A DNA stretch of 64,000 nt, from the IMG/VR virus record IMGVR_UViG_3300043570_001980, positions 124,001-188,000 of that record. One strand, written 5' to 3'. Each line of letters opens with the position of its first letter. Position 1 is the first letter of the stretch. Shown in pieces: positions 22,705-33,085 of the stretch. The notes under the pieces were generated by a model. That model saw only the letters and a program-made list of their open reading frames with translations. It ran no database searches and was not told the DNA's origin. The position numbers and the translations under genes were made by a program.

Positions 22705-23376
22705 ATGGATGTTCAACTATTATCCTATTCACAGCCAACAGAGAGATTTGCAGATATGGGCATTGCAGATGCGCAAGAACTCATTGCGTATTGCGCCCGT
22801 GTCAGCAATCCCTCCAATCAGCTCAACACAGATACATCAGAAAAACTCATCCGATACTTGGTCAAGCACCAACACTGGAGCCCACTCGAAATGGTGTCAG
22901 CCTGCATGGAAATCACCACAACAAGAGACATTGCAAGACAAATCTTGCGACACAGAAGTTTTAGTTTTCAAGAATTCTCCCAGCGTTACGCTGATCCAAC
23001 AAAGGATCTTAACTTCGTACATAGAGAAGCACGACTCCAAGACACAAAGAATAGACAAAACAGCATAGAAACCGAAGACACCTTGTTGCAAAATGAATGG
23101 TTTCGTGCGCAACAACGAGTTATCTATGCGGCCCAACGTGAATACGAATGGGCTATTAAAAACGGCATAGCCAAAGAACAAGCCCGAGCTGTGTTACCCG
23201 AAGGACTAATTGAAAGTCGCTTGTACATGAATGGTACCTTGCGCTCATGGATTCACTTTATTGAATTGCGTTCAGCCAACGGCACACAAAAAGAACATCA
23301 AGAAATTGCAAGAGCTTGTGCTCAAGCCATCACAGCAATCTTCCCAATGGCGGATGATTTAGTAAAAAATGTTTAA
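22705..23376 (+). CDS. thyX: Flavin-dependent thymidylate synthase
   Basis: HWSPLE, RHRSFSFQEFSQRY, AKEQARAVLP, TQKEH. Confidence 0.96.
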   Translation: MDVQLLSYSQPTERFADMGIADAQELIAYCARVSNPSNQLNTDTSEKLIRYLVKHQHWSPLEMVSACMEITTTRDIARQILRHRSFSFQEFSQRYADPTKDLNFVHREARLQDTKNRQNSIETEDTLLQNEWFRAQQRVIYAAQREYEWAIKNGIAKEQARAVLPEGLIESRLYMNGTLRSWIHFIELRSANGTQKEHQEIARACAQAITAIFPMADDLVKNV

Positions 23377-24343
23377 CTTATTTGTTGGTGATGTGTTTGA
23401 GGAGTTAGCCACAGAGGCTAAAAATTTTGATCCTACAGCATACTTACTAACATTTGAGAATATAGATTCTTTCATAAACAATCCAATCGGTGCAACTGTC
23501 TATACGTCGGCAGCCGATATGGGTAATTTAAAAGAACTTGATAAAGTTTGCCGCAAGGCTGATAAGATATTTTATCGGCCGCCCAATGGCGTCTGGAGTG
23601 ACGAAACAAAAGATCATTTCAGCAAGCAAAGAGAATCCCTGCATACAATCTTACTTTTTCACGCACAAAGTGGAAAGGTCGATAATGCTGGTAAGTTATC
23701 TACGCCATATGATTTTTTGGCCGCAGATTTTCTGCAAGATCAAAGAGTAGCCAGTAAGCAATTTTGGGCAGTAGGATGCAGTATATCCTACGGAGTTGGT
23801 GTAACACAATTACAAACATGGAAACATCTAGTTTCACAAAAATTAAACTTACCATATAGTGATTTAACACTACCCGGTAGTAGTATTATATGGCAAAGTG
23901 ATCAGATTTCAAGATCTGACCTACGTCCCGGTGATATTGTCTTTTGGGGGATAACTACACAAAATAGAATGCCAGTGGTTACCGCCGACAAAACAATTTT
24001 GCATTTAAACCGTTCCAGATATGAACTCATTCCAACACTCAACAATGCTTTTCCTATTAACTTGATTGATAATCCTACGTTGTATTGGCAGAACGTTCTT
24101 GCTGTTAGAAGGGCTAGTAATTTTTGCCAAAAAGCAGGTGCAAAGTTAGTGGCAGTTGGATTGATGTTTGATCCACTGAGTATATATAAGCATTATAACA
24201 TACCTGAATTTGTTCAACTTCAATATCAGTATGACTTTTTAGATTTTGGTAGCGATAATGCTCATCCAGGACCGTTACAACATCAACATTACGCAGAACT
24301 TTATTTAAAATTATATAACACCAATTTAATTGCAAATAACTAA
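23369..24343 (+). CDS. SGNH-like hypothetical protein
   Basis: AVGCSISYG, PGSS and DNAHPG motifs. Confidence 0.65.
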   Translation: MFNLFVGDVFEELATEAKNFDPTAYLLTFENIDSFINNPIGATVYTSAADMGNLKELDKVCRKADKIFYRPPNGVWSDETKDHFSKQRESLHTILLFHAQSGKVDNAGKLSTPYDFLAADFLQDQRVASKQFWAVGCSISYGVGVTQLQTWKHLVSQKLNLPYSDLTLPGSSIIWQSDQISRSDLRPGDIVFWGITTQNRMPVVTADKTILHLNRSRYELIPTLNNAFPINLIDNPTLYWQNVLAVRRASNFCQKAGAKLVAVGLMFDPLSIYKHYNIPEFVQLQYQYDFLDFGSDNAHPGPLQHQHYAELYLKLYNTNLIANN

Positions 24344-24364
24344 ATCTTTGTGCTATAATAGCAT

Positions 24365-24688
24365 ATGGCAATAACAAGCACTTATCCAGACGAATACAAG
24401 CAATGGCAACCCGAACGTACCGAGATCATTGGGGACCGAGCAGTAACGTTCCGTGATGTGTGTGTACACCAGATCCGTATGGGAGACGTAGACGATCCTG
24501 ATTTGTATGTGGCACAACCTATATATGAGTGGCAGGAATCTGATGCCGGCAAGTTCATCATGGAACATGCTGTGGAGAAACCTTACTGGACTCGTCAAGC
24601 AGATATTTCTAGTTATGGGCACTTGTATCGTATAATGGCAAGACTAAGTGAACAAGATCAAACTTTTTGGAAACTCAAATGGGGATAA
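24365..24688 (+). CDS. Hypothetical phage protein
   Basis: TG-cTATAAT promoter directly upstream; MGDVDDPDLYVAQPIYEW. Confidence 0.75.
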   Translation: MAITSTYPDEYKQWQPERTEIIGDRAVTFRDVCVHQIRMGDVDDPDLYVAQPIYEWQESDAGKFIMEHAVEKPYWTRQADISSYGHLYRIMARLSEQDQTFWKLKWG

Positions 24689-24927
24689 ATATCTTTAGGT
24701 TTTTCAAATCAATTGAAAGTCCTGAGCCTTTGGTGGATGGAATGTACGCTGATCAATACAGTAATCAGCAGATTCGAGACTATATTCTTTCTAGCTATCA
24801 AAAAAGATTTCCAATACCTGCAGAAACTCCAGAAACACATCCCTGGAAGTTTGATCCGCTTGATCCGCCGCAGGACTGGAGATTTGACCCTTACTACGAA
24901 CTTTGGATAAAAGAAAAAAATGAATAA
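24679..24927 (+). CDS. Hypothetical protein
   Basis: Fills the gap; Pro/Trp-rich C-terminus; start uncertain. Confidence 0.5.
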   Translation: MGINIFRFFKSIESPEPLVDGMYADQYSNQQIRDYILSSYQKRFPIPAETPETHPWKFDPLDPPQDWRFDPYYELWIKEKNE

Positions 24928-25870
24928 ACAAATAATTTGGCCCGTTTGGGCAGGCGCAGTACTAATCTCATGGTTATACTTGATCTTGACTGGACCTGGA
25001 TTTGTGTTGTATGACACGCACTGGTTGTATGCGTTAATGATGGTGTTTGGTTCGGCCATTGCAGGGTTTACACCTGAAGGCGGTGGTGCAGTTGCTTTTC
25101 CAATCTTGAGTCTATATTTTAAAATTACTCCTATGGCAGCTAGAGACTTTAGTCTGGCTATACAAAGTATCGGCATGGTGTCTGCGGCTATTTGGATTCT
25201 AACTAGAAAAGGTCATAGTCTATCAACTTTCAAATGGGTTCCTTTTTATGCACTAGTTAACTTTGCTGGATTTATCTTTATGTCTAGCCTTTATCATTTA
25301 ATTGCGTTCAAAGTAGTTCAGATGCTGTTTGTGAGTATGGCGCTTTCGTTTATTGTAGCATATTTGGTAACACGCAATACCAGTGATCAAGATAGTGTAG
25401 ACATAGACAGCAAAGAACGATTGTTAAGTTTTAGTATTTGGTCATTTATTGGTGGATGTGCTAGTGCTATGTTTGGCACAGGATCTGACATGTTGATTTA
25501 TATTGCTCTTACATGTTATTATGGCATGAAGGAGAAAATCAGCACTGACATCAGTATTGTTCTCATGGCAGTTGTTACTGTGTTTGGTATTGCCTACAGA
25601 GGATTAGTGCTTGATGATGTACAGCCTGAAGTATATTACATGTGGTTGGCAGCGGCACCTGTGGTGTTATTTTTTGCACCATTTGGTAATATTTTATTAG
25701 GGTGGGTCAAGAAAGAAACAATGTTATGGACTGTGCTTGCTATGAATGGTGTAAACTATTTTTACTTCATGAGTAAAAATCTTCCATTGGTTGTTCCTGC
25801 AGTAGTAACTCTATGTACAATGTTAGCTATATTTGTAGGTAGCTTTTATCTGAAAAAGAAATTACAATAA
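24920..25870 (+). CDS. TauE/SafE (sulfite exporter) family membrane protein
   Basis: GFTPEGGGAVAFP, FSLAIQSIGM, FGTGSD; many TM segments. Confidence 0.8.
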   Translation: MNKQIIWPVWAGAVLISWLYLILTGPGFVLYDTHWLYALMMVFGSAIAGFTPEGGGAVAFPILSLYFKITPMAARDFSLAIQSIGMVSAAIWILTRKGHSLSTFKWVPFYALVNFAGFIFMSSLYHLIAFKVVQMLFVSMALSFIVAYLVTRNTSDQDSVDIDSKERLLSFSIWSFIGGCASAMFGTGSDMLIYIALTCYYGMKEKISTDISIVLMAVVTVFGIAYRGLVLDDVQPEVYYMWLAAAPVVLFFAPFGNILLGWVKKETMLWTVLAMNGVNYFYFMSKNLPLVVPAVVTLCTMLAIFVGSFYLKKKLQ

Positions 25871-25881
25871 GGCAATATAAA

Positions 25882-26850
25882 ATGAAAATATTAGTAACAG
25901 GTGGGTTGGGCCTTATTGGTCATAACGTCATCTCAAGATTACAAAATCTTGACCACACAACCTCAATCATTGATAACAAAACAACCTACGGAATTATTCC
26001 GCAGAGTGAGTTGGATTACTTGATGGAAGAGCGTATTAAAAAAATCCACCATCCTGGTTTTTATAATGCATCTATCGAGACTGCAGACACAGTTGATTAT
26101 GTGATGCAGGTGCAACAACCCGAAGTAGTTGTACACATGGCCAGTTTCCCCCGACAAAAAGTAGTCAATGCCAATCCAGCAAATGGCAGTCGTGTTATGA
26201 TGGAAGGCTTGATCAATCTGCTTGAGAGTGCCAAAAAGCATGGTGTTCGTCGATTTGTTTACATTAGTAGCTCAATGGTATATGGCGACTTTACTGATCA
26301 AGTCGAAGAAGATGCTGTGTGTAACCCACAGGGTCAGTATGGTATTATGAAGCTGGCAGGAGAGTGGTTGGTCAAAGACTATGCTCGACGAACTGGCATG
26401 GAATTTGTTATCATTCGTCCCAGTGCTGTGTACGGACCCTTGGATGTGGAAGATCGTGTGGTTGCTAAATTTATGCTTACTGCCATGCGTGGTGGGACGT
26501 TAAAAGTAAACGGTGCCAACGAAACACTAGACTTTACCTATGTTGACGATGCCGCCGATGGCATTGTCGCCGCGGCCACCATGCCCGGTGCTAAAAATCA
26601 CACATTCAACATTACTAAATCACACTCTGTGTCTTTATTGCAAGCGGCAGAAATGATTGTAAGTATAGTAGGCAGCGGCGAGATCGAGTGTAGAGATAGA
26701 GATGCAGACTTTCCCAGTCGCGGTGCGTTAAATATTAATCAGGCTCGTGCCATGTTAGGTTACGATCCCAAAGTTGATGTTCATGAAGGATTTCAAAATT
26801 ACTACAGCTGGCTTAACAATTCCCTTTACTGGGCTCCGAAAACAGTATAA
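25882..26850 (+). CDS. NAD-dependent nucleotide-sugar epimerase/dehydratase (extended SDR)
   Basis: TGGLGLIG, SSSMVYG, YGIMK (YxxxK), DFTYVDD. Confidence 0.92.
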   Translation: MKILVTGGLGLIGHNVISRLQNLDHTTSIIDNKTTYGIIPQSELDYLMEERIKKIHHPGFYNASIETADTVDYVMQVQQPEVVVHMASFPRQKVVNANPANGSRVMMEGLINLLESAKKHGVRRFVYISSSMVYGDFTDQVEEDAVCNPQGQYGIMKLAGEWLVKDYARRTGMEFVIIRPSAVYGPLDVEDRVVAKFMLTAMRGGTLKVNGANETLDFTYVDDAADGIVAAATMPGAKNHTFNITKSHSVSLLQAAEMIVSIVGSGEIECRDRDADFPSRGALNINQARAMLGYDPKVDVHEGFQNYYSWLNNSLYWAPKTV

Positions 26851-27880
26851 CAACATCAAAGAAGAAATTCTAGATGCCACAGATCGTGTATTGCGATCTG
26901 GTAATCTCATGAATGGAATCTATACCAAAGAATTTGAAACATGGTTAGCCAAGAAAAACAATAGCAAATATGCTATAACATGTCATAGCGGAACACAGGC
27001 ATTAGAAATAATCGCCCAATACTACATAACAAGAGACTGGGATAGCCGTTGCCATGTGTTAGTTCCAGCAATTACATATCCAGCTACCATCAATGCATTT
27101 TTGCGCTCAGGATGGGACGTTACTATTGTTGATACAGATGCATATGGGATAATGGATCGAGATCATGCCATGCCTGAATTAGTTAATTACAATGCTATTG
27201 TGTTAGTTGGACTGTACGGTGCACCTATACGCAACGGTTGGGAACTTATGGCAAATATCATAATTGAGGATGCCGCACAACATTGGCTAAGTGACCGTGG
27301 TCGACGAAAAGGTCATGCGGCAGCTATTAGTTTTGATCCAATGAAAAATCTAAGTTGTTACGGCAATGGTGGTGCAGTAATCACGGACGACCCAAAGTTA
27401 CACGAATATGCGCTGGGGTGGAGAGACAATGGAAAACCTGGACATACCATGACTGGCAGCAATAGTCGTATGAGTGAAGTTGATTGTGCAACAATGATGG
27501 TTAAAACAAAATACATTGATCAATGGCAACAGCGTAGAAGTAAAATTGCAGGATATTGGATTGAACATTTTTCAAAACAAAACATTAGAACATTAACTGA
27601 CAAATCAAATTATGTCGATCATTGTAATCACAAGTTTGTTGTTGACATAGACAGTCGAAACGAAGTTAAAAAAGAACTAATGCTTAGAAAAATTGAAACA
27701 AAAGTACACTACGAACTTCCGTTACACGAAATTCCATTATATGAATCAATTGTCGGCCCTGGAATGTTTTCTAAAGCCAGTGCATTGGCCAGACGAGTAT
27801 TGAGTTTACCCATATACCCTGAGCTGACAGACTTAGAAGTGGAATACATTGCAGATCAACTGATTGATATAGTTAAATGA
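26774..27880 (+). CDS. DegT/DnrJ/EryC1/StrS PLP-dependent sugar aminotransferase
   Basis: SGTQAL, EDAAQ, SFDPMKNL, GNGG, LSLPIYP; start uncertain. Confidence 0.92.
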   Translation: MMFMKDFKITTAGLTIPFTGLRKQYNNIKEEILDATDRVLRSGNLMNGIYTKEFETWLAKKNNSKYAITCHSGTQALEIIAQYYITRDWDSRCHVLVPAITYPATINAFLRSGWDVTIVDTDAYGIMDRDHAMPELVNYNAIVLVGLYGAPIRNGWELMANIIIEDAAQHWLSDRGRRKGHAAAISFDPMKNLSCYGNGGAVITDDPKLHEYALGWRDNGKPGHTMTGSNSRMSEVDCATMMVKTKYIDQWQQRRSKIAGYWIEHFSKQNIRTLTDKSNYVDHCNHKFVVDIDSRNEVKKELMLRKIETKVHYELPLHEIPLYESIVGPGMFSKASALARRVLSLPIYPELTDLEVEYIADQLIDIVK

Positions 27881-29259
27881 CAAGATTAGGTTACACACAC
27901 AGCAAAGTCGAAGGCCCGACAAATGCAGACATTTTGCACCTAGACCCTGTGTCTCAACAGGTGTGTAAGTTACTGTCAGATGATCCATTTATTACTCAAA
28001 GAGAAATTGCAAAACAGCTATCAATCTCTGCCAACGAACTACTAGTAATATCTAGTAAGATCAGAGAAGATCAACCAGCTCAGAATTACATATTGTATCA
28101 TGGTGGCGGCACAAAATATTGGACCAATACAATCACTCCATTGCTGACAAACGGATCATTACATGCGGCCATTGATCACAGTTACATGTACCCAAATCGT
28201 ATCGGACTGTACACTGGTATGAGCTGTATGTTCTACTGCAACTTTTGCGGACGAAATCCTGTGGCCAAATACGAAAAGAAATTTGAGCAATATGGATTTG
28301 ATGTTTTCAAACAGATTATTGATCAAGACATTAAAACTGATGCATTCTGGGATGACCGATTTCGTATCAGTGGGGGCCTAGAGCCGCTGACCAACAAGTA
28401 TCTAGGCAACATTATTACCTACGGTGCCGAACGTGGATATAAAATGCAATTATACACCAACGGCTATATGATGACTCGGAAATACATAGAACAACATCCA
28501 GGAATGAAAGACCTTCATGCTGTTCGTTTTAGTTTGTATGGTGTTGATGAACAAAGTGCATTTAAAGTAACTCGTCATTCTGAGAGTTATCATCGTATTG
28601 TTGAAAATATCATTGAGTATATCAATTCAACACACAATGTTCGTGTGGGAGTTAATTGGATCATACTGCCTGGCCACTCAAAGGATGTTGTTAAGTTATT
28701 AAACATCATTGACTATATTAATTCACGGACCGTGCGTCCTGTGGATTTTGTAACATTGAGAGAAGACTTTAGTCAAAATGTGCGCATCATCAGCGACGAA
28801 GAAAGAGTGCATCTTGTTGATATTTTTAATTTGATTAAAGATTTTAAAACAAATAAATGGCCGGCCACACATTGGGATTTTGGATATGCACTAGAACCGC
28901 TGGTGCATGGAAAAAATTCTGGACCATTGTCAATGATTTCCTGGAAAGAAATGGTGCCAACTAGCTTTCCTCAAGTGGCTGTAGCAGTTGACGTCAAGGG
29001 AGATGTATATGTCTATCACGAAAGTGGATTCTTAGATCGACCAGGTGCTGAAAGATATATAATTGGAAACACAGTTAACAGTAGCATAGAAACCGTAGTG
29101 CAAGAATTTGTTAACTCTAAAAAAACAATAAGACCGTCGCCACCTGATGTTGGATATTTAGATGCATTCGACCATGTGGTAAGTAGATTAATCAATCAAG
29201 CTCGAGACGATGAAAAATTTGGAATCTCGTGGAACCAAGGACCAGTAAAATGTCGATAA
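27877..29259 (+). CDS. desII: DesII-like radical SAM dTDP-4-amino-4,6-dideoxyglucose ammonia-lyase
   Basis: KYWTNTITPL, GLYTGMSCMFYCNFCGR, SGGLEPLTN, LYTNG, LREDFS, FDHVV match the DesII pattern as recalled. Confidence 0.82.
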   Translation: MTRLGYTHSKVEGPTNADILHLDPVSQQVCKLLSDDPFITQREIAKQLSISANELLVISSKIREDQPAQNYILYHGGGTKYWTNTITPLLTNGSLHAAIDHSYMYPNRIGLYTGMSCMFYCNFCGRNPVAKYEKKFEQYGFDVFKQIIDQDIKTDAFWDDRFRISGGLEPLTNKYLGNIITYGAERGYKMQLYTNGYMMTRKYIEQHPGMKDLHAVRFSLYGVDEQSAFKVTRHSESYHRIVENIIEYINSTHNVRVGVNWIILPGHSKDVVKLLNIIDYINSRTVRPVDFVTLREDFSQNVRIISDEERVHLVDIFNLIKDFKTNKWPATHWDFGYALEPLVHGKNSGPLSMISWKEMVPTSFPQVAVAVDVKGDVYVYHESGFLDRPGAERYIIGNTVNSSIETVVQEFVNSKKTIRPSPPDVGYLDAFDHVVSRLINQARDDEKFGISWNQGPVKCR

Positions 29260-30347
29260 CAATACCATACGCAAATTTATATAGCGAATACCTAGAAGTA
29301 AAAATTCCAGTTGACCAAGCCATTGAACGTTGTATTACAAACAGTTCATTCATTGGCGGGGAAGAAGTTTTAAAATTTGAAACTGCCTGGAAAGACTACA
29401 CGCAGTCAGAAGATTGTGCCGGAGTAAGCAGTGGCACAAGTGCATTGATGTTGTCTTTGTGGGCCGTGGGAGTTCGTCCCAGCGACGAAGTGCTTGTTCC
29501 AAGTATGAGCTTTGTTGCGTCAGCTGAGTGCGCTAGTCAACTAAATGCTCGTCCTCGTTTTATTGACATTGATCAATACTATACTATGGACCTTGATCAA
29601 ATTGAGTCAAAACTTACAAATAAAACCAAAGCAATTATTGTGGTGGATCTTTATGGTCAAACTGTGGATATAAAGAAGCTCAAGGAGATTGCCAACGGCA
29701 TCCCAATCATACAAGATGCGGCTCAAAGTTCTGGATGCAGGTACCTTGGAAATTCAATTGGCAGCCAGGCAGATTTAACATGTTTTAGTTTTTACCCAGG
29801 AAAAAATTTAAGTGCCATGGGAGATGCAGGTGCAGTTACAGGTCGTCAGGAATTAGTTAAACTTGTTAAAATGCTTAGAGATCACGGAAGAAAAGAAAAA
29901 TACGTACACGAGACTATTGGCTGGAATGAAAGACTAGATTCTATGCAGGCAGCGATTTTATCAGCCAAACTAGATCATTTAGATACCTGGAATCAACGAC
30001 GTATAGAAAATGCATCTGTTTATTACAATATGTTATCTAACTGTGACAAAATACAATTGCCAAAAGTAAACAGTAATGTGAGTACCCACGTTTATAATCA
30101 ATTTGTTATTGCAACAGATTGTAGAAATGAATTAAAAGAATTTCTTTCAAGTCGTGGAATTGAAACTGGTATACAATTTCCACTGGCATTACATAAACAA
30201 CCGGTGTATGCTAGAATGGCAGGTACGGATAGTTTTCCAAATAGTGAACGGCTAGCAGACTCGTGTTTGAGTTTGCCAGTACATGCACAAATTACCACTG
30301 CACAGGCAGAAACTGTGGCCAAAGCTGTAATAGATTTTTTTAACTAA
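29250..30347 (+). CDS. DegT/DnrJ/EryC1/StrS aminotransferase (DesV/FdtB-like)
   Basis: DAAQSSG, FSFYPGKNLSAMGDAG, GWNERLDSMQAAIL. Confidence 0.93.
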   Translation: MSITIPYANLYSEYLEVKIPVDQAIERCITNSSFIGGEEVLKFETAWKDYTQSEDCAGVSSGTSALMLSLWAVGVRPSDEVLVPSMSFVASAECASQLNARPRFIDIDQYYTMDLDQIESKLTNKTKAIIVVDLYGQTVDIKKLKEIANGIPIIQDAAQSSGCRYLGNSIGSQADLTCFSFYPGKNLSAMGDAGAVTGRQELVKLVKMLRDHGRKEKYVHETIGWNERLDSMQAAILSAKLDHLDTWNQRRIENASVYYNMLSNCDKIQLPKVNSNVSTHVYNQFVIATDCRNELKEFLSSRGIETGIQFPLALHKQPVYARMAGTDSFPNSERLADSCLSLPVHAQITTAQAETVAKAVIDFFN

Positions 30348-31971
30348 CGTTGCCGTAACGTTCTGAGAAATAATTTCTTAACCATTGCCAGTTAAAACTA
30401 TTTTTTCTGTATTCATAGTTGTCTTTATATGCTAGATAAAATTCTCGGCCGTCTTTGGCTCCTATCAATGCCCACTCAGCATAGTCGCCGTCAGCAACTG
30501 TTTCCCAAATATTAATTCTATAATCAGTTTCAATTGTTGGAGTTCGAGACTGTATATCATATAATTTACTGACTTCTCTAAATGCAGTTCTCCAGGTGTG
30601 GTATGGACTTGTGTTAAAATTACCATAGGTGCTGATAATTGGCACAACTTCGTGTGGGAAACTCATTGTATAATCTAGTCCAAATTCCTGGCCAATGTTA
30701 TCTAGTATAAGATTACAATTGTACATGATAACAGCCATTTCTCCGTAGACTAATTTGTTTACACGATTCTCGCTGTAAAAGATATAGTGTTTAGGCTGTT
30801 GAAAATAGTCAGGCTGGAATGTAAAATCAAAATCTGGGTGTAACTCTGTCTTGCCAAATACTGCAAAGTACCAGGGTGTTTGACTAGCCTTAGCAGCCTC
30901 GGCCAGAGCATTCTCCATTCCAACCACACCATGCACACGTTTAGCTCGAGGAAATTTTGTTAACAATTTTTCATAGTTTACATCTGCCTCGGGCTCATCG
31001 TAGCTAATAAACACAATATCTTGCAATGCAAGATCATGACTAATCTGAGTTTTATCAATGTACGGATAGTCGTAGACTTGTGTGTTAATTGTAGACAATG
31101 CTGTTCGTGGAATTAATGCACAATCGTTATTTGGGGACAATGTAATAACTGTCTTAGTTAGTTCTCTCCATAGATTAACAGTTGGGTACACCATTGGAGG
31201 ATTTTGAACAGTAAACAATCCTACCGGACCATAAAAAGAGTCAGGATCTAATGCAGTAACTTGTGTGTCGCAGGAATGTTGTATTACTGGTACTGGCCTG
31301 CGTTTAACTTGCAAGTCAACAAAGTTTAAATCATACCACTCGAGTAATTCTTTACCCTTAATTCTTTCAATAAACGTTGGCACATGCATTAAAAATGTAT
31401 CACCAAACTTTTGTTCATTGCTAGGAAATACATGTAACAACTCTTTTTGCCAAGGATCAGGATGCCATGTAAAATCAAAATTAGTATAATCACAGATTGT
31501 AGAGCAAATCCAAATGTATTCAAGATTGTCATTGCTAGCTGTTTTAGCAATGCGTGTTAGAGTGTCAAGATAATTGTCAAAATATCTAACCACTTTTTTA
31601 ATTGTGATTTTTTCCGACAGAGTATTCAATGCTAATTCTAGAGAATTATCCATATGATCTATTAAGTATATATCGCTAGATTGTCTAGTGAGAACAACCA
31701 TGTCTGTATGGTAATTGGTATCCGTGAATCCAGTTTTTGGTACTAGATAAGTACCCGAATCTTTTTGCCACTGACTAGGAAATACATGCTGTTGATTTGC
31801 TTGCCAGGGTGCTGGTTCCCAAAGAAAATTAAACTCAGAATAGCTCGATAAGTAATTTACGACCCAACAATATCGAGTGCGACTTAGTTCGCAGGCCTGC
31901 TCCGTGCTTGTTACTGCACGTTCATGCACAAACAATCCTGGTTTTTTTCCTATATAGAATATATCAAACAT
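30340..31971 (-). CDS. Multi-domain glycosyltransferase-like protein (paralog of 50067)
   Basis: C-terminal DIVFISYDEP...AKRVHGV...WRTAFRE; two internal F-x-W-x-P-x-PWQ...HVFPS repeats. Confidence 0.6.
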   Translation of the reverse strand: MFDIFYIGKKPGLFVHERAVTSTEQACELSRTRYCWVVNYLSSYSEFNFLWEPAPWQANQQHVFPSQWQKDSGTYLVPKTGFTDTNYHTDMVVLTRQSSDIYLIDHMDNSLELALNTLSEKITIKKVVRYFDNYLDTLTRIAKTASNDNLEYIWICSTICDYTNFDFTWHPDPWQKELLHVFPSNEQKFGDTFLMHVPTFIERIKGKELLEWYDLNFVDLQVKRRPVPVIQHSCDTQVTALDPDSFYGPVGLFTVQNPPMVYPTVNLWRELTKTVITLSPNNDCALIPRTALSTINTQVYDYPYIDKTQISHDLALQDIVFISYDEPEADVNYEKLLTKFPRAKRVHGVVGMENALAEAAKASQTPWYFAVFGKTELHPDFDFTFQPDYFQQPKHYIFYSENRVNKLVYGEMAVIMYNCNLILDNIGQEFGLDYTMSFPHEVVPIISTYGNFNTSPYHTWRTAFREVSKLYDIQSRTPTIETDYRINIWETVADGDYAEWALIGAKDGREFYLAYKDNYEYRKNSFNWQWLRNYFSERYGNVS

Positions 31972-33085
31972 GATTAGAATCGACGAAATTTATGGTAATA
32001 CTTTTTGGCCATTTATAAAAAATCAAGTGTCAAATACAAAATTGTACTGTTGTGATCCTCCAGGCAATACCAACCCTGACAGTTTGATTCACTTTGGCGG
32101 TAATAGCATAGATATGATTAATTATATATTCTTTCACGACCAAGAGCCAATTCATTTGGACATATACGCTGATTTATTTGCTGAGGTTTATGATAGAAAT
32201 CCATTGGATAACATTAGTTATGTTGATGCACAGAGGCGCCACGGAATAGTAACCAGTGAGTCTAACAGTGAATCAGTGGAGGAGCTGTGTAAAAAATACA
32301 ATTGGGAATTTTATTATTATTTTTTTCATGGATGGGCCGCGCTGGATTGGTATCGTGGGTACGACAAAACATTCCTGATTTCTCCTGCTAGCAAGCGCAA
32401 GATCACCAAAACATTTATTGCTCCAAATCGTATTATTGCCGGAGAACGTAAACACCGACTTGAAATGTTATATCATATATTTAAAAACCGTATGCTAGAC
32501 AATCATATCAGTTGTCCCGATACTTGTCCTGTAGAAAATATCAGTATACATGAAGCTATCAAACCCCTGGCAGAACGTTATCCTGACATTGAGTCGGTGT
32601 TTTCTCGCACACCTTTACCTATACAATTTGCTGGCGAGACTGATCATCCAATGCATTCGTGTTGGCTAAGCTTATTTGACGAAGCTGCCGAGAGTTTATT
32701 ATATTTGGTTACAGAAACTGTGTACACAGGACGCAGACATCATTTGACTGAAAAAACATTCAAACCCATAGCTCTGAGAATGCCGTTTGTGATTGTGGGT
32801 ACCAAAGGCAGCTTAAAGTACTTACGAAGTTATGGGTTTCGCACATTTGAAGGAATATGGGACGAAAGTTACGACGATTCAGAAGATGAAGATAGGATTA
32901 AGCACATTGCCAACCTATTGCGCAACCTTAACGAATTACCGCTGTCGGGCAAACAGGATCTATTTAATATGGCACAGGAAGTTATAGAGCACAATTGGAA
33001 TCACTTTTATAATGGCGGGTTTGAAGCTGTACTTTGGGCAGAGCTACAAGGAATGTTAGCAAAAATAAAAAAAGACTTTTATTAA
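31970..33085 (+). CDS. Glycosyltransferase-like protein, ET..TEK family
   Basis: LVTET...LTEKTFKPI...PFVIVG...GFRTF...DESYD. Confidence 0.6.
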   Translation: MIRIDEIYGNTFWPFIKNQVSNTKLYCCDPPGNTNPDSLIHFGGNSIDMINYIFFHDQEPIHLDIYADLFAEVYDRNPLDNISYVDAQRRHGIVTSESNSESVEELCKKYNWEFYYYFFHGWAALDWYRGYDKTFLISPASKRKITKTFIAPNRIIAGERKHRLEMLYHIFKNRMLDNHISCPDTCPVENISIHEAIKPLAERYPDIESVFSRTPLPIQFAGETDHPMHSCWLSLFDEAAESLLYLVTETVYTGRRHHLTEKTFKPIALRMPFVIVGTKGSLKYLRSYGFRTFEGIWDESYDDSEDEDRIKHIANLLRNLNELPLSGKQDLFNMAQEVIEHNWNHFYNGGFEAVLWAELQGMLAKIKKDFY

